Of a DNA stretch of 64,000 bases, positions 56,395-64,000 are shown piece by piece. Position 1 is the stretch's first letter; every line of letters begins with the position of its first letter. This DNA is from the human T2T-CHM13v2.0 reference genome, Homo sapiens. Below the pieces are notes generated by a model. The model made no database searches, had not been told where the DNA came from, and was given only the letters and a program-made list of their open reading frames with translations. The stretch is taken from NCBI RefSeq assembly GCF_009914755.1, contig NC_060948.1; one strand, written 5' to 3'. A program made the translations under genes and the position numbers.

Positions 56395-59300
56395 CCTGGA
56401 ATAAAGTGGAATGCTACGGTCTCGAATGGAATAAAAATGTATGGAATGGAATGCAATGAAACGGAATCGAATGTCATAGAATGTAATGGAATGCAAAAAA
56501 ATGGAATCCAAAATCATTGACTGGAAAGGCTGGGTGTCGAAAGGAATTGACTCCAATGGAATGGAATCGAATGGAATGGAAGTGAATAGAATCGAACTAA
56601 ATCGAATGGAATGGAATTGATAGGAACGGAATGGAAAGGAATGCAATGATTTGGCATGGAATGGAATCGAATGGCATCGAATGGAATGGAATGGAATGCA
56701 ATGGAATGGAATGTATTAGAATGTAATGAACTTGAATGGAATGTACTCGAATGGATTCGACTGGAATGGAATGTTCTGGAAGTGAATGGACTCCAATGGA
56801 ATGGATTCAAAAGGAATGGAATTGTACGGAATGGAATCTAATGGAATGGAATTAAATGGAAATGAATCAAATTGAATAGCACGGAATTGAATTGAATGGA
56901 ATGGAATGCAATGGAATCTAATGAAACGGAAAGGAAAGGAATGGAATGGAATGGAATGGGCTGGAATGGAAAGGAATCGAAACGAATGGAATGGAATCGA
57001 ACTGAAGAGACTGGAATGGAATGCACTGGAATGGAAGGGAGTGTAATGGAAGGTTCTCGAAAAAAATGGAATCGAATGGAATGGAATTGAATGGAACGGA
57101 ATAGAGTCGAATGGAATTGAATGGAATGGAATGGACTAGAGTGAAATGGAATCGAACCACAAGGAATGGACAGGAATAGAATGGTCTCGAATTGAATGGA
57201 ATCGTATGGAATGGCATCAAACGGAATGGAATGGACAGCCACGGAATGGAATGCACTCGAATGCAATGGAGTCGAAACTAATGGACTGGAAGAGAATGGA
57301 CTCGACTGGTACGGACTCCAATGGAATGGAATCGAATGGAAGGGAATCGAACGGAATGGACTCGAAGGGAAAAGACTGCAATGGAAAGGTCTCGAATGGA
57401 ATGGAAATTAATGGAATGGAATGGAATCGAATGAAATGGAGTCAAAAGGAATGGAATCGAATGGCAAGAAATCAAATGTAATGGAATCGCAAGGAATTGA
57501 TCTGAACGGAACGGAATGGAATGGAATCCAAAGGAATGGAATAGAATGGAATGGAATCGAATGGAAAGGACTCGAATGGAAATCACTCGAATAGAATGCA
57601 ATTTAATAAAATAGGATCAAATGTAATGGAATGGAATGGAAAGGAATCGAAACGAAAGGAATGGAGACAGATGGAATGGAATAGAACAGCGAGCAATGGT
57701 ATAGAATGGAATGGAATCATCTGGAATGGAATTGAATGGAATGGAATAATATGAAATGGAATGGAATGGAATGGAATGGAATGCCCTTGAATTAAATGGA
57801 CTGGAATGGAATGGACTCGAACAGAGTGGAATGGAAAGTGTTGAGATAGAATGGAATGGACTCCTTTGGAATGGTGTAGTATGCAATGCAATCGACTGGC
57901 AGGGAATCAAAAGGAATGTAATGGAATGGACTGGACTGGAATGCAATGGACTCGAATAGATTGGAAACGGAATGCAAAGGAATGGAATGGAATAGTATGG
58001 AAAGGAATGGAAAGGAATGGAGTGGAATAGACTAGAGTGGAATGGAACGGACTGGAAAGCAATGGACTGGAATGGATCTTTCTTGAATGGACTGGAATCA
58101 ATCGGAATGGAATGCAATGCAATCAAATGGCATGGAATAAAATAGAATGAAAGAGAATCAAATGGAATTGAATCGAATGGAATCGAATGGATTGGAAAGG
58201 AATAGAATGGAATGGAATGGAATTGACTCAAATGGAATGGACTAGAATGGAATGGATTCGAATGGAAGGCAAAGGAATGGAATCTATTGGAATGGACTGT
58301 AATGGAATGGAATGGAAGGGATTGGAATGGACTCGAATGGAATGGACTGCAATAGAAAGGATTCGAATGGAATGAAAAAGAATTGAATGGAATAGAACAG
58401 AATGGAATCAAATCGAATGAAATGGAATGGAATAGAAAGGAATGGAATGAAATGGAATGGAAAGGATTCGAATGGAATGCAATCGAATGGAATGGAATCG
58501 AACGGAATGGAATAAAATGGAAGAAAACTGGCAAGAAATGGAATCGAAATGAATGGAGTGTTATGGAACGGACTCAAAAGGAATTGAATGTAATAGAATG
58601 GAGTGGAGTGGACTCGAATACAATGGACTGGAATGGAATGAAATCACATGGAATGGGAACGAATGGAATGGAATGGAAAGGAATGGAATCGAATGGAAAG
58701 GAATCGAATGGAAGGGAATGAAATTGAATCAACAGGAATGGAAGGGAATAGAATAGACGGTAATGGAATGGACTCGAATAGAATGGACACGAATGCTCAA
58801 ATTGAATGGACTCGAATGGAATGGAAACGAAAGGAATGTCATCGAATGGAATTGAATCGATTGGAATGAAATCGCATAGAATGGAGTGGAATCAAATGGA
58901 ATTGAATCGAAAGGAAAGGAAGCGAATGGACTGAAATGAAATGGAATGGAATTGAATGGAAAGTAATGCAATGGAATAGAATGGAACGAAATTTCACGGA
59001 ATGGAATCAAACTGAATGGAATCAAATCAATGGAATCCAATCAAATGGAATGGAGTAGATTGGATTGGATGGGATTGGAATGAAATGTACTGGAAAGGAC
59101 TCGAATTTCATGAAACGGAATGCAATGAATTGGAACGGAATGGACTCGAATGGAATGGAATGTCATAGAATGGCATCAAATGGATTGGCATCAAATGGAA
59201 ATGGAATAGAATTCAATGGAATGCTATGGAATGGAATCGAATGCATTGGAATGGAATGTCCTCTAATGGAATGGATTCGAGTGGAATGGAATCGAATATA

Positions 59301-59954
59301 ATGGAGTCGAATGAAATGGAATTGAAAGGAATGGGATCGAATAGAATGGAATATACTGGAATGTAATGTAATGAACTCGAATGTAATTGACTGGAATGGA
59401 ATGTACATGAATGGAATGTAATCGAATGGAAAGTAATCCAATGGAATAGAATCTAATGCAATAAAATCGACTCAGATAGAGTAGAATGTAATGGAATGGA
59501 GTGCAGTGCAATGGAATGGAATGGAATGGAATGCAATGGAATGGAATGGAATGGAATTGAATGGAATGGAATGGAATGGAATGGAATGGGATGGAATGGT
59601 ATGGAATGGATAGTAATGGACTGGAGTGAAATGGACTGGAATGGAATGGACTCAAATTGAAAGGGCTCGAAAGGAATGGAGTCAAATGGAATGGTCTGGA
59701 ATGGAATGAACACGAATGTAATGCAATCCAATAGAATGGAATCGAATGGCATGGAATATAAAGAAATGGAATCGAAGAGAATGGAAACAAATGGAATGGA
59801 ATTGAATGGAATGGAATTGAATGGAATGGGAACGAATGGAGTGAAATTGTATGCAGTAGAAGGGAATAGAATGGAATGCAAGCGAAAGGAAAGGAATGGA
59901 TTGGAATGGAATGGAATTCATTGGAATGGAAGGGAATGTAGTGTAATGGACAGG
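56395..59954 (+). repeat. DYZ1 unit H16, 3560 bp
   Basis: GGCC 56393 to 59953; -15 near 59052, +1 near 59200, tract +5. Confidence 0.9.
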
Positions 59955-62900
59955 CCTGGAATAAAGTGGAATGCTACGGTCTCGAATGGAATAAAAATGT
60001 ATGGAATGGAATGCAATGAAACGGAATCGAATGTCATAGAATGTAATGGAATGCAAAAAAATGGAATCCAAAATCATTGACTGGAAAGGCTGGGTGTCGA
60101 AAGGAATTCACTGCAATGGAATGGAATCGAATGGAATGGAAGTGAATAGAATCGAACTAAATCGAATGGAATGGAATTGATAGGAACGGAATGGAAAGGA
60201 ATGCAATGATTTGGCATGGAATGGAATCGAATGGCATCGAATGGAATGGAATGGAATGCAATGGAATGGAATGTATTAGAATGTAATGAACATTAATGGA
60301 ATGTACTCGAATGGATTCGACTGGAATGGAATGTTCTGGAAGTGAATGGACTCCAATGGAATGGATTCGAAAGGAATGGAATCGAACGGAATGGATTCTA
60401 ATGGAATGGAATTAAATGGAAATGAATCAAATTGAATAGCACGGAATTGAATTGAATGGAATCGAATGCAATGGAATCTAATGAAACGGAAAGGAAAGAA
60501 TGGAATGGAATAGAATGGGCTGGAATGGAAAGGAATCGAAACGAATGGAATGGAATCGAACTGAAGAGACTGGAATGGAATGCACTGGAATGGAAGGGAG
60601 TGTAATGGAAGGTTCTCGAAAAAAATGGAATCGAATGGAATGCAATTGAATGGAACGGAATAGAGTCGAATGGAATTGAATGGAATGGAATGGACTAGAG
60701 TGAAATGGAATCGAACCACAAGGAATGGACAGGAATAGAATGGTCTCGAATTGAATGGAATCGTATGGAATGGCATCAAACGGAATGGAATGGACAGCCA
60801 CGGAATGGAATGCACTCGAATGCAATGGAGTCGAAACTAATGGACTGGAATAGAATGGACTCGACTGGTACGGACTCCAATGGAATGGAATCGAATGGAA
60901 GGGAATCGAACGGAATGGACTCGAAGGGAAAAGACTGCAATGGAAAGGTCTCGAATGGAATGGAAATTAATGGGATGGAATGGAATCGAATGAAATGGAG
61001 TCAAAAGGAATGGAATCGAATGGTAAGAAATTGAATGTAATGGAATCGCAAGGAATTGATGTGAACGGAACGGAATGGAATGGAATCCAAAGGAAAGGAA
61101 TAGAATGGAATGGAATCGAATGGAAAGGACTCGAATGGAAATCACTCGAATAGAATGCAATTTAATAAAATAGGATCAAATGTAATAGAATGGAATGGAA
61201 AGGAATCGAAACGGAAGGAATGGAGACAGATGGAATGGAATGGAAGAGAGAGCAATAGTATAGAATGGAATGGAATCATCTGGAATGGAATTGAATGGAA
61301 TGGAATAATATGAAATGGAATGGAATGGAATGGAATGGAATGCCCTTGAATTAAATGGACTGGACTCGAACAGAGTGGAATGGAAAGTGTTGAGATAGAA
61401 TGGAATGGACTCCTTTGGAATGGTGTAGTATGCAATGCAATCGACTGGCAGGGAATCAAAAGGAATGTAATGGAATGGATTGGACTGGAATGCAATGGAC
61501 TCGAATAGATTGGAAACGGAATGCAAAGGAATGGAATGGAATAGTATGGAATGCAATGGAAGGGAATGGAGTGGAATAGACTAGAGTGGAATGGAATGGA
61601 CTGGAAAGCAATGGACTGGAATGGAACTTTCTTGGATGGATTGGAATCAAACGGAATGGAATGCAATGCAATCAAATGGCATGGAATAAAATAGAATGAA
61701 AGAATCAAATGGAATTGAATCGAATGGAATCGAATGGATTGGAAAGGAATAGAATGGAATGGAATGGAATTGACTCAAATGGAATGGACTAGAATGGAAT
61801 GGATTCGAATGGAAGGCAAAGGAATGGAATCTATTGGAATGGACTGTAATGGAATGGAATGGAAGGGATTGGAATGGACTCGAATGGAATGGACTGCAGT
61901 AGAAAGGATTCGAATGGAATGAAAAAGAATTGAATGGAATAGAACAGAATGGAATCAAATCGAATGAAATGGAATGGAATAGAAAGGAATGGAATGAAAT
62001 GGAATGGAAAGGATTCGAATGGAATGCAATCGAATGGAATGGAATCGAACGGAATGGAATAAAATGGAAGAAAACTGGCAAGAAATGGAATCGAAATGAA
62101 TGGAGTGTTATGGAACGGACTCAAAAGGAATTGAATGTAATAGAATGGAGTGGAGTGGACTCGAATATAATGGACTGGAATGGAATGAAATCACATGGAA
62201 TGGGAACGAATGGAATGGAATGGAAAGGAATGGAATCGAATGGAAAGGAATCGAATGGAAGGGAATGAAATTGAATCAACAGGAATGGAAGGGAATAGAA
62301 TAGACGGTAATGGAATGGACTCGAATAGAATGGACACGAATGCTCAAATTGAATGGACTCGAATGGAATGGAAACGAAAGGAATGTCATCGAATGGAATT
62401 GAATCGATTGGAATGAAATCGCATAGAATGGAGTGGAATCAAATGGAATTGAATCGAAAGGAAAGGAAGCGAATGGACTGAAATGAAATGGAATGGAATT
62501 GAATGGAAAGTAATGCAATGGAATAGAATGGAACGAAATTTCACGGAATGGAATCAAATTGAATGGAATCAAATCAATGGAATCTAATCAAATGGAATGG
62601 AAAGGAATTGAATGGAGTAGATTGGATTGGATGGGATTGGAATGAAATGTACTGGAAAGGACTCGAATTTCATGAAACGGAATGGAATGAATTGGAACGG
62701 AATGGACTCGAATGGAATGGAATGTCATAGAATGGTATCAAATGGAATGGCATCAAATGGAATGGAATCGAATGCAATGGAATGCTATGGAATGGAATGG
62801 AATGCATTGGAATGGAATGTCCTCTAATGGAATGGATTCGAGTGGAATGGAATCGAATATAATGGAGTCGAATGAAATGGAATTGAAAGGAATCGGATGG

Positions 62901-63510
62901 AATACAATGGAATATACTGGAATGTAATGTAATGAACTCGAATGTAATTGACTGGAATGGAATGTACATGAGTGGAATGTAATCGAATGGAAAGTAATCC
63001 AATGGAATAGAATCTAATGCAATAAAATCGACTCAGATAGAGTAGAATGTAATGGAATGGAGTGCAGTGCAATGGAATGGAATGGAATGGAATGCAATGG
63101 AATGGAATGGAATGGAATGGAATGGAATGGAATGGAATGGAATGGGATGGAATGGTATGGAATGGATAGTAATGGACTGGAGTGAAATGGACTGGAAAGG
63201 AATGGACTCAAATTGAAAGGTCTCGAAAGGAATGGAGTCAAATGGAATGGTCTGGAATGGAATGAACACGAATGTAATGCAATCCAATAGAATGGAATCG
63301 AATGGCATGGAATATAAAGAAATGGAATCGAAGAGAATGGAAACAAATGGAATGGAATTGAATGGAATGGAATTGAATGGAATGGGAACGAATGGAGTGA
63401 AATTGTATGCAGTAGAAGAGAAAAGAATGGAATGCAAGCGAAAGGAAAGGAATGGATTGGAATGGAATGGAATTCATTGGAATGGAAGGGAATGTAGTGT
63501 AATGGACAGG
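59955..63510 (+). repeat. DYZ1 unit H17, 3556 bp
   Basis: GGCC 59953 to 63509; -1 near 60497, -10 near 61361, -2 near 61700. Confidence 0.9.
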
Positions 63511-64000
63511 CCTGGAATAAAGTGGAATGCTACAGTATCGAATGGAATAAAAATGTATGGAATGGAATGCAATGAAACGGAATCGAATGTCATAGAATGT
63601 AATGGAATGCAAAAAAATGGAATCCAAAATCATTGAATGCAAAGGCTGGGTGTCGAAAGGAATTGACTCCAATGGAATGGAATCGAATGGAATGGAAGTG
63701 AATAGAATCGAACTAAATCGAATGGAATGGAATTGATAGGAACGGAATGGAAAGGAATGCAATGATTTGGCATGGAATGGAATCGAATGGCATCGAATGG
63801 AATGGAATGGAATGCAATGGAATGGAATGTATTAGAATGTAATGAACTTTAATGGAATGTACTCGAATGGATTCGACTGGAATGTAATGTTCTGGAAGTG
63901 AATGGACTCCAATGGAATGGATTCAAAAGGAATGGAATCGTACGGAATGGAATCCAATGGAATGGAATTAAATGGAAATGAATCAAATGGAATAGCACGG
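63511..64000 (+). repeat. DYZ1 unit, partial (window end)
   Basis: Starts at the HaeIII cut and follows the same landmark order. Confidence 0.9.

Larger units (their letters stand above)
1..64000 (+). repeat. DYZ1: Human satellite 3, Y-specific DYZ1 (HSat3A6) tandem array; diverged (GGAAT)n with ~3.57 kb higher-order unit
   Basis: The entire window consists of GGAAT variants (CGAAT, GCAAT, GGACT, TGAAT...). Unique landmarks recur every 3549-3579 bp (e.g. GAACCACAAGG near 67, 3626, 7205). There is one GGCC per unit with GAATTC ~39 bp upstream, matching the classic 3.4-3.6 kb HaeIII/EcoRI male-specific repeat. The reverse complement upstream of GGCC (CCTGTCCATTACACTACATTCCCTTCC...) matches my recollection of the start of the published 3564-bp DYZ1 unit; confirm by BLAST. 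Confidence 0.97.

Noticed and set aside
59-63762. Hundreds of ORFs (MEWNG-like on +, FHSIP-like on -, up to 317 aa)
   Set aside because: They are direct translations of (GGAAT)n/(ATTCC)n, which lack stop codons. They recur with each unit, are freely frameshifted between copies and have no domain content. The resemblance to the poly-WNGME product of (TGGAA)n expansion disease is trivial, and there is no evidence of translation here.
1-64000. CRISPR-like or repeat-spacer system
   Set aside because: There is no constant repeat with unique spacers; the 'unique' words are fixed pentamer variants repeated in every unit, and there are no associated genes.
1-64000. DYZ2/HSat1B, Alu, L1 insertions or inversions
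   Set aside because: No departure from the GGAAT strand polarity or landmark order was seen, and all unit lengths are explained by indels of 20 bp or less.
1-64000. Strict multi-unit higher-order period (e.g. 6 or 12 units)
   Set aside because: Shared variants occur at inconsistent lags (4, 5, 6, 7, 12, 13 units), and neighbours of matching pairs do not match.

Overview
The whole 64 kb window is one uninterrupted, single-orientation array of human satellite 3 of the Y-specific DYZ1 type (HSat3A6, Yq12 heterochromatin). It consists of diverged (GGAAT)n pentamers (+ strand G-rich) organised into a ~3.57 kb higher-order unit. There are 17 complete HaeIII-to-HaeIII units (3549-3579 bp, mode 3569) plus two partial units, each carrying one HaeIII/StuI site with an EcoRI site just upstream. 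There are no genes, transposons, DYZ2/Alu blocks or inversions, and all ORFs are artefacts of the pentamer. I found no new gene system. The most interesting signals are: (i) three perfect heat-shock elements (nGAAnnTTCnnGAAn) at fixed positions in each unit, 48 intact in the window; (ii) an apparently exact recent 3569-bp tandem duplication at ~34.5-42 kb, nested among older duplications; (iii) one hypervariable pure-pentamer tract that accounts for most unit-length variation; (iv) patchwork sharing of variants between non-adjacent units and clustered changes suggesting conversion. All comparisons were made by eye and from the ORF track, not by computed alignment.
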